In this document: in pieces, positions 1-9,126 of the stretch
How the letters are laid out: every line of letters starts with the position of its first letter
How positions within the stretch are numbered: the first letter of the stretch is position 1
Notes under the pieces: generated by a model
Told to the model about the DNA's origin: nothing
Database searches by the model: none
Seen by the model: the letters and a program-made list of their open reading frames with translations, nothing else
From: Acidobacteriota bacterium
GTDB taxonomy: Bacteria; Acidobacteriota; Thermoanaerobaculia; UBA5066
Assembly (NCBI GenBank): GCA_036759345.1
Contig: DAIOUV010000005.1
Span: forward strand, 56,246 to 120,245
DNA: 64,000 nucleotides
Reading direction: 5' to 3'
Made by a program: the position numbers and the translations under genes

Positions 1-61
1 CCGTCACGAACGCTCCCGCGCGCGCCGCCCAGCGGATAAGTCGCAGGGACAGGAGAGACAC

Positions 62-1033
62 ATGTTGTGGAAGGGTTTTCAACGTCCGAACCGTCTCGAG
101 GTCGATGAAGAGAAGGGCAACTACGGCCGCTTCACGGCGCAGCCGCTCGAGCGCGGCTGGGGCACGACGGTCGGCAACGCGCTCCGGCGCGTTCTTCTCT
201 CGTCGATCGAGGGCGCCGCGGTCACCGGGGTGAAGATCGAGGGCGTGGAGCACGAGTTCACGGCCGTCCCGGGCGTCGTCGAAGACGTCACGGACATCAT
301 CCTCAATCTCAAGGGCCTCGCGATCCGCCTGCACGAAGACGGCCCGCGGGCGCTCACGCTCGACGTCAAGACGAAGGGTGCCGTGACCGCCGACGCCTTC
401 GAGGACGATGCGCAGCTCGAGATTCTCAATCCCGACGCCCCCGTCGCGACGCTGGCCGACGGAGGCCGGCTGCGTCTCGAGGCAACGGTCAGCAAGGGCC
501 GCGGCTACGTGCCGGCCGACCGCAACTTCGATCCGGAAGCTCCGATCGGCACGATTCCCCTCGATTCGGCCCACTCGCCCGTCCGCCGCGTGAACTATCA
601 CGTCGAGGCGGCCCGCGTCGGCCAGGCGACGGACTATGACAAGCTGGTCATCGAAGTCTGGACGAACGGCACGATCTCCCCGCGCGACGCCGTCGGCGTG
701 GCCGCGGTCCTGATCCGCGACCATCTCGCGATCTTCGTGAACGTCGAGACGGACGAGGCGGCCCAGGCGGCCGGAGCCGAGATGCCGCAGAGCGAGCTCG
801 ACGCCCTTCTCGACACGAACGTCGAGGAGCTCGAGCTTTCCGTACGCAGCGCGAATTGCCTGAAGAACGCCGGCATCCGCACGCTTCGCGAGCTGGTCCA
901 GAAGACCGAGAAGGACATGCTCGAAACAAAGAACTTCGGGCGGAAGAGCCTGAACGAAATCAAGGACATCCTGCGCGACAAGGGCCTCGCCTTCGGCATG
1001 AAGCTCGAGTCTCCGGCCGGCGCGGGTCGCTGA
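62..1033 (+). CDS. rpoA: DNA-directed RNA polymerase subunit alpha
   Basis: 323-aa ORF with typical alpha NTD and CTD (…[15 protein letters not shown]…); directly followed by rplQ as in the conserved ribosomal cluster end. Confidence 0.95.
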   Translation: MLWKGFQRPNRLEVDEEKGNYGRFTAQPLERGWGTTVGNALRRVLLSSIEGAAVTGVKIEGVEHEFTAVPGVVEDVTDIILNLKGLAIRLHEDGPRALTLDVKTKGAVTADAFEDDAQLEILNPDAPVATLADGGRLRLEATVSKGRGYVPADRNFDPEAPIGTIPLDSAHSPVRRVNYHVEAARVGQATDYDKLVIEVWTNGTISPRDAVGVAAVLIRDHLAIFVNVETDEAAQAAGAEMPQSELDALLDTNVEELELSVRSANCLKNAGIRTLRELVQKTEKDMLETKNFGRKSLNEIKDILRDKGLAFGMKLESPAGAGR

Positions 1034-1040
1034 GGAATCC

Positions 1041-1694
1041 ATGCAGCACAATCGAGCGGGTCGCAAGCTCGGCCGGACGACGGCGCATCGCAAGTCGCTC
1101 TTTAGGAACCAGCTTTCGTCCCTCATCACCCACGAGCGGATCCAAACGACGCTGCCGAAGGCGAAAGACCTCCGGCCGCTCATCGAGAAGATGGTCACCC
1201 TCGGAAAGCGGGGCGGTCTCCACGCGCGCCGTCTCGCCCTGAAGACCATTCCCGAGGCGACGACCGTCAAGAAGCTCTTCGAGGAGATCGCGCCGCGCTT
1301 CAAGGAGCGCGCCGGCGGCTACACCCGAATCATGAAGCTCGGACGGCGTCAGGGTGACGGCGCCGAGATGGCGATCCTCGAGTTCATCGACTTCGACTGG
1401 GCGCACCGCCAGGCGGAGAAGAAGGTCGCGGCGAAGGCCGCCGAGGAGAAGAAGCAGTCGCTCCTCGAAAGGGCCAAGAAGCTCGTCTCGGGCAAGAGTG
1501 AAGGCAAGAGTGACGCCGATAAGGCCGAGAAGAAGGGCGAGGGCGCCGAAGCCGAAGGCGAGACGGAGAAGGCCGAAAAGAAAGCCAAGGCCCCCGTCGA
1601 GAAGAAGAAGGGTTACACCGCTCCGAAGGGGCCGAAGGGCTCCGGACCGAGGGGCGGCGGCTCTCACGGCGGCAGCAAACGCAAGACAGGATAG
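1041..1694 (+). CDS. rplQ: 50S ribosomal protein L17 with Lys/Ala/Glu-rich C-terminal extension
   Basis: N-terminus [24 protein letters not shown]… is canonical L17; C-terminal ~90 aa low-complexity KAEK-rich tail. Confidence 0.9.
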   Translation: MQHNRAGRKLGRTTAHRKSLFRNQLSSLITHERIQTTLPKAKDLRPLIEKMVTLGKRGGLHARRLALKTIPEATTVKKLFEEIAPRFKERAGGYTRIMKLGRRQGDGAEMAILEFIDFDWAHRQAEKKVAAKAAEEKKQSLLERAKKLVSGKSEGKSDADKAEKKGEGAEAEGETEKAEKKAKAPVEKKKGYTAPKGPKGSGPRGGGSHGGSKRKTG

Positions 1695-1882
1695 GAATTA
1701 CCCGAGCGCGTTCTCGATTTCGGTCCAAAGCGTACGGGGCACGTACGTCCTCTCCAACATCCGCTTGGCCGACGGCGAAACGTTCGTCTCCTACTCGGCT
1801 CACCGCGATGCACAATCACCGTGGCTGACATCCTCATCGCGCAGGTGAAGAGCCGCTTTCGAGGGATCTGTGAGGAAACGAG

Positions 1883-3325
1883 ATGAGTTGGTCCGACGGC
1901 GAGCTGCGTGCGTTGGCCGAGGCCCATTTTCGTGGGGAACTTCCGAGATGCCCCCGGGACGGAACGCCGGTCCGTGCCGAAGAGATCACGACGTTAGGTA
2001 GAAGGACGGCCGATCTCTATCTTCGGTGTCCTCGGTGTGGGAACTCAGCGACCTTCGAGAACGACGAGCCGACGGGCAGCAGCCCATCGTGGACCGCACC
2101 GCAGCGACAGACAATCGTCGACGACTATTGGCGGAATGGAGCGGCACGGTGCCCGGTGGACGAGACCATCCTACACATTCAGGAGTCGGCTGAGCTCGGT
2201 CACGAGGTCACCGCGATTTTGGTGCACTGCCTTAGGTGTGGGCGTTACTTTTCTAGTGACGAGGAGCAGCAGGACGAGCCGGCCGGCGAGTCGTTTGAAG
2301 GTCGGTACGAAGTCCTTCGGCAGATAGGCAGAGGCGGAATGGGAACCGTCGACCTCGTCAAGGATCGACGGACGGGCGGCCTCTTCGCTGCGAAGACGAT
2401 TCGACCGGATCGAGTCGACGACGCTGATTCTCTACGAAGATTTCAACGTGAAGTGAGACTTCTACGGGGCGTCTCGCATCCGCATGTCGTGAGGATCGTC
2501 GACGACTTCATCGCTGGTGGTACCGCGGTCTACGTCATGGAGTATCTGCCCGGTGGGGACCTGGCCAATGCACTTTCCGATCCCAACCGAGGTCGGCCTG
2601 CCTTGGCGACGCTCTTCAGCGACGCAGCGGAGGCGGTGGAGCACCTGCACGGGGCAGGCGTAATTCATCGCGACCTCAAGCCTCAAAACATCCTTGTCGA
2701 TGCGGAGGGGCGAGGCCGAGTGTCAGACTTCGGCCTTGCTGTCGCGAGCGCGCGCGATACGACGCCCCTCACCGGTACGGACGTGTTTGTCGGAACGAGA
2801 CGTTACGCGGCCCCCGAGCAGCACCGTGGGGCGCGCGATGTCACTTCGCGGGCGGACATCTTTTCGTTGGGGTTGATAGCGATCGAGGTGGTGACGCGCC
2901 TGCCATACCCAGACGACTTCCTCACGATGTGCCGTGGTACGGGCCAGCTCGCAGACGCGCTGAGCAGAGCGTTGGATCTGGACCCGACGAGGCGCACCAT
3001 CCGGCCGCTCGAATTAGCTGAGGCCGTCCGGGCGCACATCGAGCGAGAAATGGGAACGACCGTGACGCAAAAGGCGAGAATTGAGGTCCCGCAGAACGGC
3101 TTCACCTTGTTGAACCGGGTGACGGATGACGATGCAGTCGATACCCACCTCAAAGAGCTCGGCTTCCGCCGAACCGGGAAACGCGGATGGCCGAAGAAGG
3201 GGCAACTCTATTTAGGGCGAGGAAAGCCTTTCGGTCCGTTTCGCGGGATCTATCGCAAAGAGGTCGACCCGCCGGCTGGTGGGTTATCGACGGCTGACCT
3301 TTTCGAACTGCTTGAGGAAATCTGA
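1883..3325 (+). CDS. Ser/Thr protein kinase (Hanks-type) with N-terminal tandem zinc-ribbon modules and uncharacterised C-terminal domain
   Basis: Kinase motifs GRGGMGTV…AAKTI, HRDLKPQNILVD, DFGLA, APE. N-term has two repeated CPxDxT…x18…C(P/L)RCG units. Gene sits in a lower-GC segment. Confidence 0.85.
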   Translation: MSWSDGELRALAEAHFRGELPRCPRDGTPVRAEEITTLGRRTADLYLRCPRCGNSATFENDEPTGSSPSWTAPQRQTIVDDYWRNGAARCPVDETILHIQESAELGHEVTAILVHCLRCGRYFSSDEEQQDEPAGESFEGRYEVLRQIGRGGMGTVDLVKDRRTGGLFAAKTIRPDRVDDADSLRRFQREVRLLRGVSHPHVVRIVDDFIAGGTAVYVMEYLPGGDLANALSDPNRGRPALATLFSDAAEAVEHLHGAGVIHRDLKPQNILVDAEGRGRVSDFGLAVASARDTTPLTGTDVFVGTRRYAAPEQHRGARDVTSRADIFSLGLIAIEVVTRLPYPDDFLTMCRGTGQLADALSRALDLDPTRRTIRPLELAEAVRAHIEREMGTTVTQKARIEVPQNGFTLLNRVTDDDAVDTHLKELGFRRTGKRGWPKKGQLYLGRGKPFGPFRGIYRKEVDPPAGGLSTADLFELLEEI

Positions 3326-3347
3326 CGTCGAGTGCGTCCCTCCGCAC

Positions 3348-3409
3348 GGCGCGATGCGTGCGAGACGGCCATGTGTGACGAGTGCGCCTGGCCGGGCGCG
3401 CATCGCGCC
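3348..3409. terminator. GC-rich inverted repeat between convergent genes (possible bidirectional terminator)
   Basis: Arms GGCGCGATGCG (3348-3358) and CGCATCGCGCC (3399-3409), located between the stop of the kinase gene and the stop of the DUF3800 gene; no clear U-tract. Confidence 0.35.
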
Positions 3410-3443
3410 TCGGTGGAGCTTCTTCCTTTAGTGGTCGTGCGCC

Positions 3444-4187
3444 CTATGCCTCGTCGAACTGCTCGACGAGGGCGCGAAGGGCAGCGTAATTGAAGTACCT
3501 TGGGTTTATCAGCCTTCGCCGGAGCCGCGCCATCGATTTTCTCTCTCCGCGGGTTGGGTCGAAGAGCTTGTGGTCGAGGGCCTTCCGGAGCTCGTAAGCC
3601 ATGAGGTCCGCCGCCTGAAGAGGGATCGCGTCGTGCTTCGAGGCAAAGCGAAGCGAGCCCAGGCGAAATGCTCGCGGCCACTTTCCGCCGGAAGTCAGTT
3701 CGTCGTAGACCTTCTCGGCCCTTGCGTGGAACTCGCCCTGTTGATCGAAGACGAATGCGATTTTCTCGCGCGGATGAACGTCTTCAGCCTGGATGCAGGT
3801 CTCGATGAGGCAGTGCTGAAAGGCCAGGAGGTAGGGATGGCGATACCAGTGCGGTGTCACCTTGCCACGCGCGATGAACTCAGCAGAGATGCGCTCATAG
3901 TCGGCCTTGACGACTCCACAGCCTATGCCCCAGACGTCCGTCGAATTAATGAGCGCCAGCAGGTCCTTGATGAGGCCGATTCGTTTCGCGTTACTCCAGC
4001 CCTCGAACTCGCCGTGCCGAGTCTCGAACTCGGCCATGTGGAAGCAGCTGACGCCAGCCTCGGCGAGGAGTTGCTGCCAAGCCCTCGTCAGCTCGAACCA
4101 GTCCTTGGAATCGGCGACGTAGCCGCCGATGCAGAAGGTCTGGGACTTCTCGTCCAGGCCGCTCTCGTCGAAATAGCCCGCGAGCAC
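3444..4187 (-). CDS. DUF3800 family protein
   Basis: Probable GTG start giving VLAGYFDESG… (the YxDESG N-terminal signature of DUF3800) and C-terminal IPLQAADLMAYEL motif. The ORF-track N-terminal 90 aa (MGGHGRAP…) is Arg/Pro-rich read-through and is ignored. Overlaps the stop of the upstream Mrr gene by a few nt. Confidence 0.7.
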   Translation of the reverse strand: MLAGYFDESGLDEKSQTFCIGGYVADSKDWFELTRAWQQLLAEAGVSCFHMAEFETRHGEFEGWSNAKRIGLIKDLLALINSTDVWGIGCGVVKADYERISAEFIARGKVTPHWYRHPYLLAFQHCLIETCIQAEDVHPREKIAFVFDQQGEFHARAEKVYDELTSGGKWPRAFRLGSLRFASKHDAIPLQAADLMAYELRKALDHKLFDPTRGERKSMARLRRRLINPRYFNYAALRALVEQFDEA

Positions 4188-4195
4188 GCCGGGCG

Positions 4196-5113
4196 CTACT
4201 CCTCGCCGAAGTAGTCGGAGTCGCTGCGCTTGACCTGGTAGGAGGCGACGGGGGCGACGCCGAGGTCGAAGTCGATCATCAGCTCGGCGAGCTGGCGGCC
4301 GTCGATGAGAACGACCTTGGGGTCGATGTGCGAGACGTAGTCCTTGGCATCTGAGGAGAACGTGCCGGTCGTCAGGAAGACGCCCTTCTTGGCCCTCTTG
4401 CCGTGCAGCGCGCCGACAAACTTCTGGATCTCCGGGCGCCCGACCGTGCCCGCCCACTTCTTGGCCTGGATGTAGATCACGTCGAGGCCGAGGCGGTCCT
4501 CATTGATGACGCCATCGATCCCTTCGTCTCCGGACTGTCCGATGGCCTTGCCGGCCTCCTTCCGCGATCCCCCGTAACCCATCTTCACCAGCAGCTCGAC
4601 GACGAGGGTTTCGAAGAAGGCGGGGGAAGTCTTCTTTACCCTTTCGAGGAGATCGGCGGCCAGGTCCGTGCGGATGCGGCTGTAGGAGGCTTCGAGCGCT
4701 TCCTCGGGCGTCTCGTGGTCGGTCGAGGTGGTTTCTGTCCCGGTCTGCTCGTGGTCTGAGGTGTCCTTCTTCGTCCTGAACTCCACGAACTCCGGGAACT
4801 GGTCGAGGAGCTTGATGTCGACCCGCTGGGGCTTCGTCGCGAGCACCTCAAGGCCGCGCGGCGCGATCTGGAAGTGGCCTCTCTTGGGGGAGGCCAAGAG
4901 GCCGGCCCGCTGCAAATACACCTTGGCCCAGGCCACGCGGTTATTGAAGACGGCCTGCCGGCCGCTCGGGAGGAGAAGCGCGCGCTCTTCTTCCGTGACA
5001 TGGAGCTTTTCGGCCAGCCAGTCGCGGGCCTCCTGAAGCGAATGCTCTTTCTGGTCCGCTGCGGCCATCTGCAGCAGGGGGAGCATCAGACTCTGGAAGT
5101 CGGGAACCGCCAC
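4196..5113 (-). CDS. mrr: Mrr-family type IV restriction endonuclease (Mrr_N winged helix + Mrr_cat)
   Basis: N-terminus VAVPDFQSLMLPLLQ… resembles E. coli Mrr N-terminal domain; C-terminal catalytic region …DGVINEDRLGLDVIYIQAKKW… (D…QxK). GTG start chosen at 5113 with GGGAAGAGG RBS; an ATG alternative lies ~27 nt downstream. Confidence 0.75.
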   Translation of the reverse strand: MAVPDFQSLMLPLLQMAAADQKEHSLQEARDWLAEKLHVTEEERALLLPSGRQAVFNNRVAWAKVYLQRAGLLASPKRGHFQIAPRGLEVLATKPQRVDIKLLDQFPEFVEFRTKKDTSDHEQTGTETTSTDHETPEEALEASYSRIRTDLAADLLERVKKTSPAFFETLVVELLVKMGYGGSRKEAGKAIGQSGDEGIDGVINEDRLGLDVIYIQAKKWAGTVGRPEIQKFVGALHGKRAKKGVFLTTGTFSSDAKDYVSHIDPKVVLIDGRQLAELMIDFDLGVAPVASYQVKRSDSDYFGEE

Positions 5114-5349
5114 TACGAGGCCTCTTCCCGTCTGAGCTGATTTCTCTCGACGAGTGCCTCGATGAGCTGGACGACCTGGCACAGCTCGATGGGGGAGAGC
5201 TTCTCGACCTGCCTGAGCTTTCTCTTGCGGATCTTGCCGATCGGCGCCGAGGTTTGGCAGTGATGGAACGAGGCATCCTTCATCATCACGTCGATCCTAC
5301 GTGCTGCGCGCGCAGGGCCGCAATGAAAATTGCCCTGCCGCCCTCCGCC

Positions 5350-5742
5350 CTAGCTCAGCGCTTTCTCGATCTCCTGGATGAGCACCTTCGTCGAGAAGGG
5401 TTTCGTGAGATAGCTCGACGCCCCGAGCCGGATGCCGAGGTCGCGCTCCGACGGCAGCGTGCGCGCCGTGAGCATCACGATTGGCAGGCGCGACGTCGCC
5501 GGATTTTCCTTCAGGATGCGGCAGACGTCGAAGCCGGTGAGGCCGGGCGTGAGGGACACATCGAGGAGGACGAGGTCGGGTGCTTCCTCGCGCACCATGC
5601 GGAGCGCCTCCTCGCCGCCGGTCGCCTCCACCGGCTGGAGCCCCGTCAGGCGCAGCTTGAAGGAGAGGATCTTCAGGATCGTGGGTTCGTCGTCCACGAC
5701 CAGGATCTTTCGACCCGCGAGGCCCGGGGGAAGACTGCTCAT
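5350..5742 (-). CDS. Single-domain response regulator (CheY-like receiver)
   Basis: KILVVDDEP…DLVLLDVSL…MLTAR…KPF receiver motifs, 130 aa, no output domain. Confidence 0.85.
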   Translation of the reverse strand: MSSLPPGLAGRKILVVDDEPTILKILSFKLRLTGLQPVEATGGEEALRMVREEAPDLVLLDVSLTPGLTGFDVCRILKENPATSRLPIVMLTARTLPSERDLGIRLGASSYLTKPFSTKVLIQEIEKALS

Positions 5743-5749
5743 CGGGCTT

Positions 5750-6187
5750 TCATTCTAGCGAGAGCGGCGCGCCGGTCAGCACGACGACGGCGGCGGCCAT
5801 CTCCCGCGTATGGGTGATCGTGACGTGCGCTCCCGTGACGCCGAGGCGCGCCCCGTGGAGGCGCGCCCGCCCGAAGAGGGCGAGCCGGGGCGGCCCTCCC
5901 GGGCTGCGGACGATAGCGAGCTCGCGAAACGCGACGCCGCGCATTCCCGTTCCGAGCGCCTTCATCGCCGCCTCCTTCGCCGCGAAGAGTCCCGCGACGT
6001 GCTCCGCATACGCCGGCGACCCGGGGAGCCGGCGGACCTCGCCCGGCCGGAAAAGCCTCTCGGCGAAACGCGCTCCGTGGCGTTCGATCGCGCGCGCCAC
6101 GCGCGGAATCTCGCAGAGATCGACGCCGAGTCCGACCACTCCCGATCCCGGAGGAAGACCGTCCTCCGGCCCGACGCGGTCGCTCAT
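5750..6187 (-). CDS. acpS: Holo-[acyl-carrier-protein] synthase
   Basis: VVGLGVDLCEIPRV…AAKEAAMKALGTG… matches AcpS 4'-phosphopantetheinyl transferase. Start placed at MSDRV (ATG), overlapping the upstream small ORF stop. Confidence 0.8.
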   Translation of the reverse strand: MSDRVGPEDGLPPGSGVVGLGVDLCEIPRVARAIERHGARFAERLFRPGEVRRLPGSPAYAEHVAGLFAAKEAAMKALGTGMRGVAFRELAIVRSPGGPPRLALFGRARLHGARLGVTGAHVTITHTREMAAAVVVLTGAPLSLE

Positions 6188-6474
6188 GCGGGTTCCCGCG
6201 GGGCCGGCGAAGGAGCATCGCTCCGCGGCTCGCGCGACTCGCGTCTCCATGCCTCGATCTCGGAAGCCGCGGCCCAGAGGTGCAGGAGCCCGAGGCCGAG
6301 AAGGAAGCTCCGGAAATAAGGCGATTCGAGGAAGGGACGCGTTCGTTCGGGGGACCGCCCGACGACGCGCACCATCCAGTACCGGCCCCAGGGTGCGAGT
6401 GTCAGGAAGGCGCCGGCCTCGAGGGCATAGATGACGAAGAGGGCCCTGAGAAGCCGGCTGCCGGTTCGTGCCAC
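6184..6474 (-). CDS. Small hydrophobic protein, unknown function
   Basis: 96-aa ORF with two predicted TM segments (LLRALFVIYALEAGAFLTLAPW…, FLLGLGLLHLWAAA), translationally coupled to acpS. Confidence 0.5.
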   Translation of the reverse strand: MARTGSRLLRALFVIYALEAGAFLTLAPWGRYWMVRVVGRSPERTRPFLESPYFRSFLLGLGLLHLWAAASEIEAWRRESREPRSDAPSPAPREPA

Positions 6475-6505
6475 CCCCGGATTGTAGAGGGAGGTCGCCG
6501 GTGGG

Positions 6506-8407
6506 TCAGGCGCGGCGGTAGGCGGCGCTCTGAGTCGTGCCGTCCAATGTCCGAAGGGCGCCTTCGCGCCGCGCCGGGGGAGCGGCGGGCGCCGCCGGCT
6601 GAGGTGCGGGGGCCGGTGCGGATTGAGGCGCCTCGCGGGGAGCGGGCGCGGATTCCCGGGCCTGGGGCGCCTCGCGCGAGCGCTCGATCACGCGGGGCTG
6701 CGGTGCGCGCCATCCCGAGTCGTCGTGGCGGGCCGGCCGGTCCCCCTCGGCGCGCCGCGGGATCGGTGCGGGGGCCGGCGAGGAAGGGGAGCGCCAGCCT
6801 TCGTCGCGAAGACTCGGCGACGTGCCCGAATTGCGGGAAGAAGACGCCTTTTCGCGGCGCACCGGTGTCTCGGCCTGAGTCGTGCCGCGCGCGAATCCCC
6901 GGTCGGTCGCCTGGCGCCAGGAGTCCGCGGGCGCCGAGCGGTCCGCGCGGCGCGGAACCTCCGCAGGCTTCTGGCGGTAGGCGGGATCCTGGCCGACGCG
7001 CACGACGGTCCTCTTCAGCTCCTCTTCGGCGGCGGGCGAAAGCGTGCGTTCGCGGCGCAGGACCGCCGTCAGGCCCTCGCTCACGGGAGCCTGGCGAACG
7101 CTCTCGGCCCCGGGCCCGCGACGAATCGCGTCCTGGATCGACGCGGCCGGGTTGCTGCCGCGCTCGAAGTGGAGGGGAGTCGTCGCGATCACCCCGATCT
7201 CGCCCGGCCGGAAGTTCACGCGGTCCCCGCGCACGATGTCCCGCGCCGGATCCAGCCGCACGGCGATCCGCCCGGACGGCACGTAGTTCCAGCCACGCGG
7301 ATCGATCTGCGAGACCGCGACGCGCCCGCGAAGGTGGGGGTAGACGGGAACGCGTCCGCCGCCGACGTTTATGCGGGCATGCCGGGAACGGGAATAGGGT
7401 TCCCATGAGCTGTAGTACCCGATCGGGCACCAGCCGACCCAGCCCGGCGTGTAATCCCAATAGACCCACGCGGGTGAGTACTCGTTGCCCGGGCACCACA
7501 TCCAGCCCAGCAGCGCATCGAAGACCCACGTCCCATAGTGATACGGGAGCCATCCCCATGGCTCCGAAGAGACCCACGTGAGACCCGACGGCGTCCACCG
7601 CCAGTAGCCGAGCGCATACGGCGTCCAGCCGGCGGCCACGCGCGGCCGCCAGCAGGTGCAGCCGCACGTCGTGGAGTACGTCCAGCCGCCCCAGTCGTCG
7701 AACGAGGCGTTGTCGTAGTCGTAGGCGAAGTCCGAGGAGACGTAACGGGTCGTGTTGCGGCTGTCGGTCCTCTCGCGCCGCTCCTCGACGAAGCGCGCGA
7801 AGCGGTCGCGCGGCGAAGCGGACACGTCCACCTCGACGTCGCTGTCGCCGCTCACGAACGCGTATTCGCCCGCGCGGACGAGGGCGCGCCCGCCCCGGCC
7901 CGCGACCTCGACCTTACCCGACAGGACGTAGATCTCCGTGCCGCGCCTGCCGGCGTCCACGCGGAACAGGGTGCGGGAAGGCGCGAGGATCGTCACGTCG
8001 TTCGTGTCGAGACGCAAGGCGCGCTCGCGCGTCGTGACGTCGCGCACCTCGACCGCCACCGTGCCGCGCGCGAGGAACAGGAGGTCCCGGTCGTCGTCGG
8101 ATTCGTACGTGTGCGCCATCCGCTCGAAGCGGAAATCCGTGTACCCGTCCACGCGCACGACGTTGCCGTCCGCGAGCACGGCTTCCGCGCGCGACCCCAC
8201 TCCCGTCACGAGGCTGTCGCCGGAAAGAACCGGCATGTTGATCCGGGCCGCCGAGTCGTCTTCGGCCTTCGAGATCAGGGAGACGTCGGGCTGCACATAC
8301 GAGAGATACGTGTAGCCCTCCCGCTGGGCGTCCGCTCGGCCCGGCGCCATGGCCGCGACGAGAAGAGCGGCTGCGAGAGCGGACGGGGTGATCCTGCGGG
8401 CGTTCAT
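6506..8407 (-). CDS. Secreted FecR-domain protein with Trp/Tyr-rich repeat region and Pro/Ala/Arg-rich C-terminal tail
   Basis: True start MNARRITPSALAAALLVAAMAPGRADA (signal peptide) at 8407. FecR-like beta-rich segment (…LVTGVGSRAEAVLADGNVVRVDGYTDFRFER…GTVAVEV…). Then a dense W/Y-rich block (GYWRWTPSGLTWV…WGWLPYHYGTWVFD…GWMWCPG…AWVYWDYTPGWVGWCP). C-terminal ~200 aa is low-complexity. Confidence 0.7.
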   Translation of the reverse strand: MNARRITPSALAAALLVAAMAPGRADAQREGYTYLSYVQPDVSLISKAEDDSAARINMPVLSGDSLVTGVGSRAEAVLADGNVVRVDGYTDFRFERMAHTYESDDDRDLLFLARGTVAVEVRDVTTRERALRLDTNDVTILAPSRTLFRVDAGRRGTEIYVLSGKVEVAGRGGRALVRAGEYAFVSGDSDVEVDVSASPRDRFARFVEERRERTDSRNTTRYVSSDFAYDYDNASFDDWGGWTYSTTCGCTCWRPRVAAGWTPYALGYWRWTPSGLTWVSSEPWGWLPYHYGTWVFDALLGWMWCPGNEYSPAWVYWDYTPGWVGWCPIGYYSSWEPYSRSRHARINVGGGRVPVYPHLRGRVAVSQIDPRGWNYVPSGRIAVRLDPARDIVRGDRVNFRPGEIGVIATTPLHFERGSNPAASIQDAIRRGPGAESVRQAPVSEGLTAVLRRERTLSPAAEEELKRTVVRVGQDPAYRQKPAEVPRRADRSAPADSWRQATDRGFARGTTQAETPVRREKASSSRNSGTSPSLRDEGWRSPSSPAPAPIPRRAEGDRPARHDDSGWRAPQPRVIERSREAPQARESAPAPREAPQSAPAPAPQPAAPAAPPARREGALRTLDGTTQSAAYRRA

Positions 8408-8573
8408 GGCGAGCCTCCGGGCCATCCTATGCGACCTCCGTACCACGCATCGCAGCGCCTCTCTCGTCCCCCCGCGGGGACGCTTGACCGCGCCCGGGAA
8501 GCCATGCAATCTCGACGCGCTGGCCGATGCTCCTGAAAAGGGGAGAGGGGCCATCCCGTCCGCTGGAGTGCAC

Positions 8574-9089
8574 GTGGCCATTCGAGAGATCGTCAAGTAT
8601 GGGGATCCACGCCTCGTCGCGAAGAACCAACCCGTCGACCTGTTCGATGATCCCGCCCTCGCCGCCCTCCTCCAGGACCTGAAGGAGACGTGCTGGGCGG
8701 CGCCCGGCGTCGGTCTCGCCGCCCCCCAGGTTGGCGTGAACCTGCGTGTCGCGATCGTGGATCTCTCGGTCGGGAAGGACCCGTCCCAGGTCCTCGTTCT
8801 CGTGAATCCGGTCGTCGTGGACGCGCAGGGTCTCATCCGGGACGAGGAGGGCTGCCTTTCCTTTCCCGACATGGTGGAGACGGTCGAGCGGCCCGAGAAG
8901 GTGACCGTGGAAGCCCTCGACGAGCGCGGGAAGAAGCGGACGCTCGACGGGCGCGACCTTCTCGCGCGGGCTTTTTGTCACGAAATAGACCACCTCGACC
9001 AGCGGCTCTTCGTCGACCGGCTCTCGTCCTTGAAGAAGGGGCTTCTCCTGCGTCAGGTCATCAAGCGCCAGAAAAAAGGCACCTGGTAG
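8574..9089 (+). CDS. def: Peptide deformylase
   Basis: VAIREIVKYGDPRL…, GVGLAAPQVG, EGCLSFP, HEIDHL motifs. GTG start at 8574 (alternative GTG at 8568); the long upstream ORF-track extension is not coding. Confidence 0.85.
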   Translation: MAIREIVKYGDPRLVAKNQPVDLFDDPALAALLQDLKETCWAAPGVGLAAPQVGVNLRVAIVDLSVGKDPSQVLVLVNPVVVDAQGLIRDEEGCLSFPDMVETVERPEKVTVEALDERGKKRTLDGRDLLARAFCHEIDHLDQRLFVDRLSSLKKGLLLRQVIKRQKKGTW

Positions 9090-9126
9090 ACAGCGCCGCT
9101 ACGCCGCTACGCCGCTACGCCAGCCA

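Noticed and set aside
4188-4457. 90-codon N-terminal extension of the DUF3800 ORF (MGGHGRAPGD…)
   Set aside because: It overlaps the 3' end of the Mrr gene in another frame and is low-complexity. The DUF3800 signature YFDESG starts immediately after an internal GTG, which is taken as the start.
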